Origin: Pseudobdellovibrionaceae bacterium
Lineage (GTDB): Bacteria > Bdellovibrionota > Bdellovibrionia > Bdellovibrionales > Bdellovibrionaceae
Reading direction: 5' to 3'
Length of the DNA: 32,426 bases
Assembly: GCA_044359815.1 (NCBI GenBank)
Contig: JBIKLL010000025.1
Location: 1 to 32,426 of the forward strand
Below, one piece after another: positions 17,836-27,589 of the stretch. Each line of letters opens with the position of its first letter. The stretch's first letter is position 1. The translations under genes were made by a program, and so were the position numbers. The notes beneath the pieces are model-generated. The model made no database searches, was not told where the DNA came from, and saw nothing but the letters and a program-made list of their open reading frames with translations.

Positions 17836-18848
17836 GTGGCCGACCTTTTTTTCCACTTTTTGATCAAATCAGGAATTTCCAATTTACCAAAAAGGCCTTG
17901 AGGTCTCAGAATCATCATCAAAATCAGCAATAAACTGTAAATTATCATTCGCAAATCCACGCCAGTGATTTCTTGCAATGGCCTTAGTGCCTCAGGAATC
18001 ACTGTTATGAAAATGGCAGCTAAAATTGATCCAGATAAACTGCCCATTCCGCCCAAGACAACCATGATAACAACGTCCACACTTTTATTAAACGTGAAGG
18101 TCGCAGGGCTCAGGTAATTGGTAAAGTGGGCAAAAATACTGCCAGCGATTCCTGCAAAAAAACTGGACATAACAAAAGCTCTAACTTTAGTTTTAGTTGT
18201 GTTAACGCCCATGGCTTCTGCTGCGACTTCATCTTCTCGCACACTCAAGAAAGCTCTTCCGGGTTGACTCTCAATAATTCTCCAAATGACAATGAAAGTA
18301 ATGATGACCCATGCAGAACCGAAAATATAACTCTGCAAAAATTTTGATATAGTGATTCCACCTAACTCAAAATCAGTTAACCCAGGTATTCCATAAAATC
18401 CTCGGGCTCCGCCTACTGCCTGGGTGTTTAATAAAATCACCCGGATGATTTCTCCGAATCCCAAAGTAACAATGGCAAGATAATCACCTTTAAGCCTTAA
18501 AGAAGGTTGACCAACCAGAAACCCAGCAAATGCAGCTAATAATCCACCAGCTATTGCATAGCCAAAAAATCCTACCAGCTGCAGTGGGCCTGTAAAATTC
18601 GGTACAACAGTTGAAAGCCAAGCTGAAAAATAAGCTCCTGTCGCCATAAAGCCAGCGTGCCCCAAAGAAAACTGCCCTGTGTAACCATTAACCAGATTAA
18701 GACTCATGGCCAATATTGTGTTGATCAGAATATAGATCATCATCAATTGGATAAATGCATCTAATGCATAATTAGCAAATACGCCAACCACTAATACAGA
18801 TGCAAATGCGATCAATGGGTTTTTAATAGAATTTTTGATCCAATCCAT
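17832..18848 (-). CDS. livM: branched-chain amino acid ABC transporter permease LivM
   Basis: GYTGQFSLGHAGF, LRLKGDYLAIVTLGFGEI, RED and LGGMGS motifs. Confidence 0.94.
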   Translation of the reverse strand: MDWIKNSIKNPLIAFASVLVVGVFANYALDAFIQLMMIYILINTILAMSLNLVNGYTGQFSLGHAGFMATGAYFSAWLSTVVPNFTGPLQLVGFFGYAIAGGLLAAFAGFLVGQPSLRLKGDYLAIVTLGFGEIIRVILLNTQAVGGARGFYGIPGLTDFELGGITISKFLQSYIFGSAWVIITFIVIWRIIESQPGRAFLSVREDEVAAEAMGVNTTKTKVRAFVMSSFFAGIAGSIFAHFTNYLSPATFTFNKSVDVVIMVVLGGMGSLSGSILAAIFITVIPEALRPLQEITGVDLRMIIYSLLLILMMILRPQGLFGKLEIPDLIKKWKKRSAT

Positions 18849-18849
18849 A

Positions 18850-19752
18850 CTACACCTTCTCCACAACATTTTTTCCCAGCAAGCCAGAAGGTTTAAAAAT
18901 TAAAATAACAATTAAAATTCCAAAGGCTAATGCATCCCTGTAGGTACTGCTCAGGTAGGCCACTACGTATTCTTCAGACAATCCCATCAAAATTCCGCCC
19001 AGCACAGCTCCTGGTAAACTGCCGATACCGCCCAAAACCGCCGCAACGAAAGCTTTCAATCCAATCATCATTCCCATCAGGGGTTCGATTTTGGGATATT
19101 TCATTCCGACGAGTACGCTTCCAACACCCGCCAAAGAAGATCCAACTATGAACGTGAATGAAATGACTTTATCTGTGTTCACACCAAGCATTGAAGCCAC
19201 AGTCATATTAGTGCTGATGGCTCTCATCGCTTTTCCAAACTTTGTGTGATACACCAGGAAATTCAATGCCAACATCATTGCTAAAGTAACTCCGACAACA
19301 GTTGCATCAGAAGCCTTTACTTGAGCGCCAGCTAATTCAAACAAAACCGAGTCTTCTATAATTTGAGGAAATACTTTTGGATCAGCACCAAAAATCACTT
19401 GGCCAGTAAACTGCAATAACAGACTGACGCCAATAGCAGTGATTAAAATATTCAACTTCGGAGCTTTACGCAAAGGTCTGTAAGCCAGCTTTTCGATGGT
19501 GACTCCCAGAATGGAGCAAACAACCATGGCTGCAACTAGCAATAAAATCAGAGTGGTAAAACCGGGTGATCTGCTCATGCCCAGAGCTGCAGCTGTGTAA
19601 TAAGCAGCAAATGCTCCCACCATATATACGTCAGAATGCGCGAAATTAATCAGCTGCAAAATTCCGTAAACCATTGTGTAGCCTAGGGCGATTAAAGCGT
19701 AAATGCTACCTAGGCTGACGCCATTAAAAAAGTGTTGAATGAAGTCTTGCAT
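18850..19752 (-). CDS. livH: branched-chain amino acid ABC transporter permease LivH
   Basis: GSIYALIALGYTMVYG..INFAH and KAFVAAVLGGIGS motifs. Confidence 0.95.
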   Translation of the reverse strand: MQDFIQHFFNGVSLGSIYALIALGYTMVYGILQLINFAHSDVYMVGAFAAYYTAAALGMSRSPGFTTLILLLVAAMVVCSILGVTIEKLAYRPLRKAPKLNILITAIGVSLLLQFTGQVIFGADPKVFPQIIEDSVLFELAGAQVKASDATVVGVTLAMMLALNFLVYHTKFGKAMRAISTNMTVASMLGVNTDKVISFTFIVGSSLAGVGSVLVGMKYPKIEPLMGMMIGLKAFVAAVLGGIGSLPGAVLGGILMGLSEEYVVAYLSSTYRDALAFGILIVILIFKPSGLLGKNVVEKV

Positions 19753-19760
19753 GTCTAAAC

Positions 19761-20891
19761 TTAGGGATTAACCGTAGTTATAAACTTGTTAGCTGTTCCC
19801 TGTACCTGAACAACGACCGCTGATTTTGTAGCGTTTCTTTGCTCATTGATTGTGATTTTACCTGTAGCTCCAGGAAAATCTTTTATCTGTGCTAGAACGC
19901 CACGAATTGCTTCAGGAGTGATTTCAGCAACTGTTTCCAATGCTTTAATCAAAACCTGGGCAGCGTCGTAGCCAGCAGCTGATAATCCGTCAGGTGATTT
20001 GTTGTATTTAGCTTTGAACTTAGTCATAAATTCAACGGCAGCAGGATCAACGCTTTCGGTAGAATAGTGGTTAGAAAAATACCCACCATTAACTGCGTCC
20101 TGTCCAATCTCATACAATTTTGGAGAATCCCATCCGTCTCCGCCCATCAAAGGAACTTTCAAACCAATTTCGCGAGCTTGACGAGCTATCAATCCAACTT
20201 CGGTGTAATATCCTGGGATAAAAATAGCTTCTGGGTTTTTTGATTTTAACTGAGTCAATTGAGCTTTAAAGTCCACGTCATTTGACTGATAGCTCATGTC
20301 AGCAACAACTTCTCCGCCCAATTCTTTAAATTTTTGAGTGAAAAAATCAGCCAAACCAACAGAGTAGTCAGATTTAACGTCTCTTAAGATAGCAACTTTT
20401 TTAACCTTCAGGTTTTCAGCAGCAAATTTTGCCATAACAGTTCCTTGGAAAGGATCAATAAAGCAAACTCTGAAAATATAATCACCAACTTGAGTGACTT
20501 TGGGATTTGTAGATGAAGGAGTGATCATAGGAATTTTTTTAGTCTGAGCAATAGGGGCTGCAGCCAATGAACGGGTGCTTGCCACTTCGCCCAATAAAGC
20601 GACTACTTTTTCTTGTTCAATCAAACGTGTCACAACAGAAGCAGCTTCTTCGGCTTTACCTTGGTTATCCATAGTGATCAGTTTTAATTTCTTACCTTTG
20701 ACTCCACCTTTAGAATTAGCTTCGTCAATGGCTAAACGAATTCCTTCGTCAGTGCTTTGACCAAAAGTTGCTTCACTGCCAGTCATAGAACCAAAGTGAC
20801 CAATTACGATCTCGTTACCAGCTTTTTTTGTGCAACCTACGATGGCTGTCAAAGAAAACATTGCCGCTGCAAGCAGAACTAGTTGTTTCAT
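19761..20891 (-). CDS. branched-chain amino acid ABC transporter substrate-binding lipoprotein (LivJ/LivK family)
   Basis: Lipobox IVGC; periplasmic-binding-protein motifs (GGVKGKKL, SSTNPKVT, IFRVCFIDPFQG, GATGKIT); SD AAGGAG. Confidence 0.93.
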   Translation of the reverse strand: MKQLVLLAAAMFSLTAIVGCTKKAGNEIVIGHFGSMTGSEATFGQSTDEGIRLAIDEANSKGGVKGKKLKLITMDNQGKAEEAASVVTRLIEQEKVVALLGEVASTRSLAAAPIAQTKKIPMITPSSTNPKVTQVGDYIFRVCFIDPFQGTVMAKFAAENLKVKKVAILRDVKSDYSVGLADFFTQKFKELGGEVVADMSYQSNDVDFKAQLTQLKSKNPEAIFIPGYYTEVGLIARQAREIGLKVPLMGGDGWDSPKLYEIGQDAVNGGYFSNHYSTESVDPAAVEFMTKFKAKYNKSPDGLSAAGYDAAQVLIKALETVAEITPEAIRGVLAQIKDFPGATGKITINEQRNATKSAVVVQVQGTANKFITTVNP

Positions 20892-20988
20892 GAGGGGTAC
20901 TCCTTTTTTCTAAAACCAAAGGGGCTCGGTTTTTTCAGGGACCATGGGTACCAAGGTCAATTTAATCAGTCAACGGGTCATTTAAATT

Positions 20989-21981
20989 TTAATGAGCTAA
21001 AGTACTAATAAGGTTTAGAAATTCTTTGGGGGTTTGCTTTTGTGATTTTGTAACTTTTCCTAAGTCTACAGTAACTAAAGAGTTATTCTGGATTCCGACC
21101 ATTATGTCGCTGTTGCCAGCACACAGTTGTTCGACGGCGAAAACTCCCAACCTGCTAGCCAAAATTCGGTCAAAAGCTGTCGGAGTCCCGCCTCTTTGCT
21201 GGTGTCCTAAAATACAAACCTTCGCATCAAGTCCTGATTTTTTTCTGATTTGTTCGGCTAGATCATAGGCCCTTCCAGGTTTTTGCCCCTCGGCTGTAAC
21301 CAAAATGGAACTAGTTTTTCCCTTACTCTGAGCGGATTTTATTTTTTGAATGGCCTGATCAACTGTGATCGGCAGGTCAGGAGTGAAAACTTCTTCAGCC
21401 CCACCGGCCAATCCAACATGGGCTGCGATAAATCCTGTGTTGCGACCCATGACTTCAACAATAAATATCCTGTCATGACTGTTGGCCGTGTCTCTGATTT
21501 TATCAATGGCCGACAAGGCTGTGTTTACAGCAGTGTCAAACCCCACGGTGGCCTCGGTGCCGAAAATATCATTGTCAATAGTACCCGGGATTCCAACGAC
21601 TGGAATCTGATGTTCTGTCCAAAGCAAATGACAACCATTGAAAGACCCATCACCACCAATGCAAATCAATCCATCGATTTTATTTGTTGCCAAAATATCT
21701 GAAGCTTTTTTTCTGAACTCGGGTTTTAAAAAATCCAAGCACCTGGCTGTTTTTAAAACTGTTCCACCACGCTGGATAACATTGGCCATGGATCTTAAGC
21801 TTAAATCTGTGAAATTAGAATCCAACAGTCCCTGAAATCCAGAAATGATTCCTTTGGCGACGAGCCCTCTATTAATAGAGGCTCTGACAGTAGCACGAAT
21901 GGCTGCGTTCATACCTGGAGCGTCTCCACCACTGGTGAAAACGGCGATTGTTTTTAATTTTGTAGAATCAAATTTAGGCAT
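20989..21981 (-). CDS. pfkA: ATP-dependent 6-phosphofructokinase
   Basis: TSGGDAPGMNAAIR, IGGDGS, PGTIDND, EVMGR and GHQQRGG motifs. Confidence 0.97.
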   Translation of the reverse strand: MPKFDSTKLKTIAVFTSGGDAPGMNAAIRATVRASINRGLVAKGIISGFQGLLDSNFTDLSLRSMANVIQRGGTVLKTARCLDFLKPEFRKKASDILATNKIDGLICIGGDGSFNGCHLLWTEHQIPVVGIPGTIDNDIFGTEATVGFDTAVNTALSAIDKIRDTANSHDRIFIVEVMGRNTGFIAAHVGLAGGAEEVFTPDLPITVDQAIQKIKSAQSKGKTSSILVTAEGQKPGRAYDLAEQIRKKSGLDAKVCILGHQQRGGTPTAFDRILASRLGVFAVEQLCAGNSDIMVGIQNNSLVTVDLGKVTKSQKQTPKEFLNLISTLAH

Positions 21982-22010
21982 AAAAAAAGCCAGGGTATTA
22001 GCCCTGGCTT
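21982..22010 (-). terminator. intrinsic terminator after the HU gene; its U-tract abuts the pfkA start codon
   Basis: Minus strand AGCCAGGG-CTAATA-CCCTGGCT followed by a T-run and then directly ATG. Confidence 0.8.
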
Positions 22011-22012
22011 AA

Positions 22013-22021
22013 AGTGTATCA
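22013..22021 (-). promoter_or_regulatory. candidate extended -10 promoter for pfkA
   Basis: Minus strand TG-A-TACACT immediately upstream of the terminator hairpin. Confidence 0.4.
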
Positions 22022-22035
22022 TAGAATAAAATTTA

Positions 22036-22308
22036 TTAGCGAACCATTTGTTTAAATTCTGCACCAGCGCGGAACTTTGGAGCCCAAGCAGCAGGAATTT
22101 TAATTGTTTTGCCAGTTTGTGGGTTTCTGCCGATGCGAGCTTTTCTTTTAGCTTTGGTGAATGTGCCAAAACCAACAAGCTTTACATCGTCGCCCTTCTT
22201 AACAGTTTTTTTGATTGTTTCAAAAGCGCTGTTTAAAATTGCTTCTGTTTGAGCTTTAGTAGCTTTTGTTTCTTCTGCGATCTTTTCAATAAGTTGCTGT
22301 TTGTTCAT
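22036..22308 (-). CDS. hup: DNA-binding protein HU
   Basis: MNKQQLI...VKLVGFGTF...RIGRNPQTG..IKIPA...PKFRAG; 90 aa; SD AAGGAG. Confidence 0.96.
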   Translation of the reverse strand: MNKQQLIEKIAEETKATKAQTEAILNSAFETIKKTVKKGDDVKLVGFGTFTKAKRKARIGRNPQTGKTIKIPAAWAPKFRAGAEFKQMVR

Positions 22309-22350
22309 CTTGAACTCCTTTGTTGTTTAAAGTTTATTCCGTCAGACAAC

Positions 22351-22379
22351 ATTAGAAAAATAGAGCCCATGGTCGTCAA
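22351..22379 (-). promoter_or_regulatory. candidate sigma70 promoter of hup
   Basis: Minus strand TTGACG-N17-TCTAAT. Confidence 0.4.
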
Positions 22380-22414
22380 CATCAATATTAGATTTTTATT
22401 TCTGCGTCGTAGAA

Positions 22415-22618
22415 TCAGGACTCTTGTTCATCATTATGTTCGTTTTGTTGAGCATCATCGCCATCAAAATTAGCAACTTCTTTACCTTCTATCTTGTAAT
22501 CTTGATTAGCCCATGCACCCAGATCGATTATCTTGCAGCGCTCTGAACAAAAAGGTCTGAACTTATTCTCAGTGGAATATTGGATTTCTTTTTTGCAAGT
22601 AGGGCATTTAACCATCAT
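22415..22618 (-). CDS. yacG: DNA gyrase inhibitor YacG
   Basis: VKCPTC...RPFCSERCKIIDLGAWA zinc-finger signature with acidic tail. Confidence 0.95.
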   Translation of the reverse strand: MMVKCPTCKKEIQYSTENKFRPFCSERCKIIDLGAWANQDYKIEGKEVANFDGDDAQQNEHNDEQES

Positions 22619-22627
22619 CGCTGACAG

Positions 22628-23395
22628 TTATCTGCCACAATTTGCAGTTTTACAACGGACCATGCGGCCATGCACAGCGGCTGATCCTAAATCATTATTT
22701 GAGGCAGCAGCGATGTTGTTGATGAAGATAGCAAAATCAAAAGCGGGATCTTCAAGTTTTCCGTTTGGAACAACAATCTGTAAAATTGTTCCTTGAGCAT
22801 AACTGTATTGTGGGCCATAGCCTCGCAGTTCAAAACCCTGACTGTTATTTATTGGATTTACAGTCATACCCAAAACCAATGGGTTAAATATTCCAGCTGG
22901 ATTTCCAACCGGCATACCAGTAAGCCCCGCGAAAAATTCAGACAATCCAGGTAGGTTATAATAATAGTTAAAACTAGGATTGATGTTTGGGTAAGATTTC
23001 ATGATCAGCTTCACATTATTAGCTGTGGTTTTACTGGCGTGAATTGTGATGTCGTGAAATCCAGACATCCATGAACCACAATCAGCTAACCCGCCGTTAT
23101 AAGTTTCACGATCACAAGTTCCCATAAAATCACGAAGCACTCTGATAAATTGTTGAGAGTTTATAATGAACTGACTGCCATTATTTAAATAGTAGTAATC
23201 CATATTAGGTGTTTGGGCATAAAATCCAGATTCTTGAGCTTGAGGTACAACGCCAACACCACAAGTATTGTTTGGGCATGATGGGCCCAGTGCGGGTCCG
23301 CTGCTGGAATCAGAACAAGCAGCCAGATTCATAAGTGCGGCTCCTAAAAACCCCACAACAAACCAATGATACCATCTAGCATTTCGGATCTTCAT
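22628..23395 (-). CDS. hypothetical Cys-containing lipoprotein
   Basis: ATG 23395 after GAGGAGG; signal peptide ending in lipobox LAAC; paired Cys near both ends of the mature chain. Confidence 0.8.
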   Translation of the reverse strand: MKIRNARWYHWFVVGFLGAALMNLAACSDSSSGPALGPSCPNNTCGVGVVPQAQESGFYAQTPNMDYYYLNNGSQFIINSQQFIRVLRDFMGTCDRETYNGGLADCGSWMSGFHDITIHASKTTANNVKLIMKSYPNINPSFNYYYNLPGLSEFFAGLTGMPVGNPAGIFNPLVLGMTVNPINNSQGFELRGYGPQYSYAQGTILQIVVPNGKLEDPAFDFAIFINNIAAASNNDLGSAAVHGRMVRCKTANCGR

Positions 23396-23444
23396 AAAAT
23401 CCTCCTCGGATCTCTGTATATCTGATGCTAAATCCATGATTTGT

Positions 23445-23460
23445 GCCCAATTTATTGGGC
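23445..23460. promoter_or_regulatory. palindrome upstream of the lipoprotein gene (possible operator)
   Basis: GCCCAAT-TT-ATTGGGC with perfect 7-bp arms, about 50 bp before the start codon. Confidence 0.35.
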
Positions 23461-23527
23461 TTAAAGCTAATATAATTGATCTGAGGCATTTATTTTGGCT
23501 TAAAACGCAGCCAGGACAAAAATGGGC

Positions 23528-24268
23528 TTACGGCTGTCTAAGCTTTGGCAGCAGCAGACCCAGCAAACCTAAGCCCACAATGGCTAAGCTGATCAGGGTA
23601 GATATTGAAAATCCCCATATAAAATGACCTCTAAAATCATCCCTAAAAACTTCCATCAAAATCCTGCCCAATCCGTGCAGGCACAGCCAAAGCAAAAACA
23701 AATCACCCAATTTCAAAAACTTGCGTTTTTCCAGGCTGAGTAAAACAACTAAAGCCACAAGTTCAGTCAGCATGGCATAGATCTGGGTAGGATGGCGAAA
23801 TATGCCTGCCCTGTCTGCCACGGCCCATGGCAAATCACAGAATTTCCCATAGCAACAGCCTGCTAAAAAACATGAAAACCTGCCCAGCATATATCCGCTG
23901 GAAACTATGGGAACAGCAAAATCAGCCCAAGTAAAAAAGCTTTCCTTTATTATTTTTAAATAGATCCATCCTGATATTGTTGAAACAATCACTCCACCAT
24001 AAAAAACAAATCCGCCTTGCCAAAAATAAAAAATCTGTTTGGGATCAAGTAAATAAATTGCGGGTTCTTCAAAAACCACATGCACAAGCCTTGCGCCCAT
24101 AAAGCCTGAAACCGCCACAATGATATACAGATCCAGCGCAAGTTTAAGGTCTCGTTTTTGGATTTGAGCTCTTTTGACCAGATAAAACAACTCACCTAAA
24201 AATACCAACGATATCACCAAAAAATATGTTGGGATTTCAACTGAGCCAATTTTAATCAAAGGTAACAT
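23528..24268 (-). CDS. lgt: prolipoprotein diacylglyceryl transferase
   Basis: GARLVHV, WQGGFVFYGG, LGRFSCFLAGCCYG, RHPTQIY and EVFR motifs. Confidence 0.92.
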   Translation of the reverse strand: MLPLIKIGSVEIPTYFLVISLVFLGELFYLVKRAQIQKRDLKLALDLYIIVAVSGFMGARLVHVVFEEPAIYLLDPKQIFYFWQGGFVFYGGVIVSTISGWIYLKIIKESFFTWADFAVPIVSSGYMLGRFSCFLAGCCYGKFCDLPWAVADRAGIFRHPTQIYAMLTELVALVVLLSLEKRKFLKLGDLFLLWLCLHGLGRILMEVFRDDFRGHFIWGFSISTLISLAIVGLGLLGLLLPKLRQP

Positions 24269-24774
24269 CAGGCCTTCTGAGATGCTTTCTTCATTTGCCT
24301 TTGTTCAAGCACCATCAAGACCAGTAAAATACAAACTCCGCACACGATAGCTGTGTCAGCAACGTTGAATGCAGGCCAAGTGAATTTTTCTTGAATGTGA
24401 AAATCTAAAAAATCCACAACATATCTGAAGCGCAGTCGATCAATGTAATTTCCAACAGCGCCGCCAAACACAGAAGACAAAGCAAAAATTTGCCAATAAT
24501 CATTGTCCTTAACTGTCTTTAAAATCATCAATATCACAATCAAAGCCGCGGGCGGCATAGTCAGGAAAAAAAACTCTCTAAATGAAGGATGACTTTCTGC
24601 TAAAAAACCAAAGGCTGCTCCCAGATTTCGAACATAGGTGATGTTAAAAAAACCTGGAATCACGGGGATGGATTCACCGTAGGCCATAGTGGTTAAAATC
24701 ATCATTTTAGTCAATTGATCCAATGCCACCAAAAAAAACGAAAACGACAGCAAGATAACAAATTTCTTTTTCAT
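24268..24774 (-). CDS. lspA: lipoprotein signal peptidase II
   Basis: DQLTK, NLGAAFG, GAVGNYIDR, VVDF and FNVAD motifs. Confidence 0.97.
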   Translation of the reverse strand: MKKKFVILLSFSFFLVALDQLTKMMILTTMAYGESIPVIPGFFNITYVRNLGAAFGFLAESHPSFREFFFLTMPPAALIVILMILKTVKDNDYWQIFALSSVFGGAVGNYIDRLRFRYVVDFLDFHIQEKFTWPAFNVADTAIVCGVCILLVLMVLEQRQMKKASQKA

Positions 24775-27566
24775 ATTTTTAAAGCCTCAACACATTTGGG
24801 GCAAATCCCAGGATGGCTGGGGGTTTTGCCGGTTTCCTCAGAATAAATCCAGCATCGCTGACACTTTTCACCACCAGCAGGGCTGACCTGAATCTGATAT
24901 TTACCTTGGGTTAACGATACCTTTGATACAATTAAAAACTCTCTCAGATCAGAGGTCAATCCTCCTTTTTCATCAAAAGCTTTTAGCCAATCAAACAATT
25001 GACCTTCGGCTGTGATGTGAACCTGGGCCTCCAGGCTGGAGCCAATTTTTTTATCGGCTCTTAATGCTTCCAGTTCCTTTTGCGCTTCAGATCTGACTCT
25101 GATCATTTCATCAAACTGTCCCAGTAATTCTGAATTCTTCCAGATTTCCTGTGGGACTGGGAAGTCCTCTAAAAAGATGCTGTCTTGCTTTGTCTTTTTT
25201 AAATAAGTGTAAGCTTCTTCGGATAAGAAAGACAAAATCGGAGCCATCATTTTCAATAAATTTTCAGTCATAATAAAAATCACAGTTTGAGCAGATTTTC
25301 TGTGAAGGCCTGATTTTTTCCAAGTGTACAATCGGTCTTTCAATATATCTAAATAGGTCGCCGATAAATCCACGGTAAAAAACAAATTCATTAAATGAAA
25401 AGCTTTGTTAAACGAATACTCATCATAGGCTTTAGTGAGCTCCTGTGAAAATTGATAAAATTTTGCCAAAGCCCATTTGTCAATTTTGGTCAGATCCTTA
25501 TGTGGGATTGCTTCCTTGGAAAAATCAAAATCATTCAGCGTTCCCAGCATAAATCTGAGGGTGTTTCTGATTCTGCGATAAGACTCAGTGACTCTGTCAA
25601 ACTCAGCTTGGCCACATTTTATGTCGCCGCCATAATCTTCGTAAACGGTCCAAAAACGCAAAATCTCAGAACCGCTTTTACCAGCGACAACCTGTGGATC
25701 GACCACATTGCCTTTTGATTTGCTCATTTTAAAACCCTGTGAATCAGTCACAAAACCATGGGTGATCAGGGCTTTAAAGGGGGCCTGATTATTGGTGGCC
25801 AAAGATGAAATCAACGAAGTATTAAACCAACCTCGATGTTGATCGCTGCCTTCCAGATATAAATCAGCTGGGAAGTTCATTCCCTTGCGTTTTTTCTGAA
25901 CGGCTGCATGGCAGATACCAGAATCAAACCAAACGTCAAAAATATCCTTTGATCTTCGGAAGCCCTTAGATCCAAATTCGCCCTGAGGTTTTATAGATTT
26001 TAATAGCTCGTCAACTGCGGGTGAATAAAAACTTTCGATACCGCCTTTTTCAACCACATTCGCGACTTTTTCAATCAAAGCTAAATCAATCAAAGGCTTG
26101 TTTGTTTGATTGCAAAAAAACACTGGGATTGGAACACCCCAAACCCTTTGTCGGCTTAGACACCAGTCAGGGCGGCCCTCCATCATTGATTGAAAGCGAG
26201 CTTTTCCCCAAGAAGGAAAAAAACCAATTTCGTTGATTGAGCTCAAGGCTTTTTTGCGGATATCATTCTCGGGGTTGTCCAAACCTAAAAACCACTGTGG
26301 AGTGGCTCTGAATATCAATGGAACTTTACTGCGCCAACAATGGGGATAGCTGTGTTCGATTTCTTTGTATCCCAGTAATTGATTTGCTGACTTCAGTTTT
26401 TCAACAATCAATGGGTTGGCTTTAAAAATATTCATACCCTTCATTTCGGGATATTCATCTGTGTAGAGGCCCTTTTCATCAACAGGGCTCAGTACTTTTA
26501 GACCATATTTCAGCCCGACTTTGTAATCGTCCGCTCCGTGGCCCGGAGCTGTGTGGACGCAGCCTGTGCCGGCCTCGGCTGTAACGTGGGGGCCCAGCAC
26601 AATCAGCGAATCTCGATCTAAAAATGGATGTCTGGCCAAACCTTTTTCCAGCAATGAACCTTTGAATTTAAATTTAGCATCCGATAATTTTAAGCCCGTG
26701 TCTTTTTCAAAAAAATCTTTCAGAGCTGTAGCTACTATCAAAAGCTCCTTTGTCTCGAGCAATTCAAACACGCCATATTCAAAATCGGCATTTAAACAAA
26801 CACCCAAATTTGCCGGAAGGGTCCAAGGAGTCGTTGTCCAAATAACCAAAGAGGTTTTTGATGATGGCGAATTTATTTTTTTAAGAGTTGCTGCATCTTT
26901 GATTTCGAACTTCACATATATCGCTGGGCTTTTGTGCGGATGGTATTCGACTTCGGCATCAGCCAAAGCTGTTTGTAAAACCCAATTCCAGTAAACTGGC
27001 TTTGTGCCCAAATAGATCAAACCTTTTGCGTAGGCCTTTGCAAATTCACGCATTTGTTCAGCCTCATAAGCGGAATCCATTGTGTAATAGGGATTTTCCC
27101 AGTCAGCCAAGACACCTAAACGCTTAAACTGAGGTTGTTGGTGGTCAATCCATTTTTTGGCTTCCTGTCGGCAAAGGGTTCGCAACTGATCGTCGTTTTT
27201 TTCATTCAGCTTACTGCCCAGTGATTTCATCACAGCATGTTCGATGGGCAGTCCATGACAGTCCCATCCAGGGATAAAGGGTGATTGAAAGCCCTTCATG
27301 TTTTTGTATTTGATAATAATGTCTTTTAAAATTTTATTAAGTGCATGACCTATGTGAATTGATCCATTTGCATAGGGTGGTCCATCTGGCAAAGTGAATT
27401 TGGTTTTAGTCGCATTTTTTTGCTGAAGCTTTTGATAGATTTTTTGATCATCCCATTTTTTGATAATTTCAGGTTCTTTAACCGGTAAATTTCCCTTCAT
27501 AGGAAAATCAGTTATGGGCAAATGGACAGTGGTTTTGTAATCAGGGGTGTTGTTTTCAGAGTTCAT
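24771..27566 (-). CDS. ileS: isoleucine--tRNA ligase (bacterial type 1)
   Basis: DGPPYANGSIHIGH, GWDCHGLP, WTTTPWT, EGSDQHRGWF, KMSKS and C-terminal CQRC...CPKC. Confidence 0.98.
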   Translation of the reverse strand: MNSENNTPDYKTTVHLPITDFPMKGNLPVKEPEIIKKWDDQKIYQKLQQKNATKTKFTLPDGPPYANGSIHIGHALNKILKDIIIKYKNMKGFQSPFIPGWDCHGLPIEHAVMKSLGSKLNEKNDDQLRTLCRQEAKKWIDHQQPQFKRLGVLADWENPYYTMDSAYEAEQMREFAKAYAKGLIYLGTKPVYWNWVLQTALADAEVEYHPHKSPAIYVKFEIKDAATLKKINSPSSKTSLVIWTTTPWTLPANLGVCLNADFEYGVFELLETKELLIVATALKDFFEKDTGLKLSDAKFKFKGSLLEKGLARHPFLDRDSLIVLGPHVTAEAGTGCVHTAPGHGADDYKVGLKYGLKVLSPVDEKGLYTDEYPEMKGMNIFKANPLIVEKLKSANQLLGYKEIEHSYPHCWRSKVPLIFRATPQWFLGLDNPENDIRKKALSSINEIGFFPSWGKARFQSMMEGRPDWCLSRQRVWGVPIPVFFCNQTNKPLIDLALIEKVANVVEKGGIESFYSPAVDELLKSIKPQGEFGSKGFRRSKDIFDVWFDSGICHAAVQKKRKGMNFPADLYLEGSDQHRGWFNTSLISSLATNNQAPFKALITHGFVTDSQGFKMSKSKGNVVDPQVVAGKSGSEILRFWTVYEDYGGDIKCGQAEFDRVTESYRRIRNTLRFMLGTLNDFDFSKEAIPHKDLTKIDKWALAKFYQFSQELTKAYDEYSFNKAFHLMNLFFTVDLSATYLDILKDRLYTWKKSGLHRKSAQTVIFIMTENLLKMMAPILSFLSEEAYTYLKKTKQDSIFLEDFPVPQEIWKNSELLGQFDEMIRVRSEAQKELEALRADKKIGSSLEAQVHITAEGQLFDWLKAFDEKGGLTSDLREFLIVSKVSLTQGKYQIQVSPAGGEKCQRCWIYSEETGKTPSHPGICPKCVEALKI

Positions 27567-27589
27567 AGACTCAAAAACATAATACAGAT

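Noticed and set aside
23528..27566. ileS-lspA-lgt cluster as a novel system
   Set aside because: ileS-lspA linkage is widespread and adding lgt is functionally ordinary; IleS is the standard type 1 enzyme.
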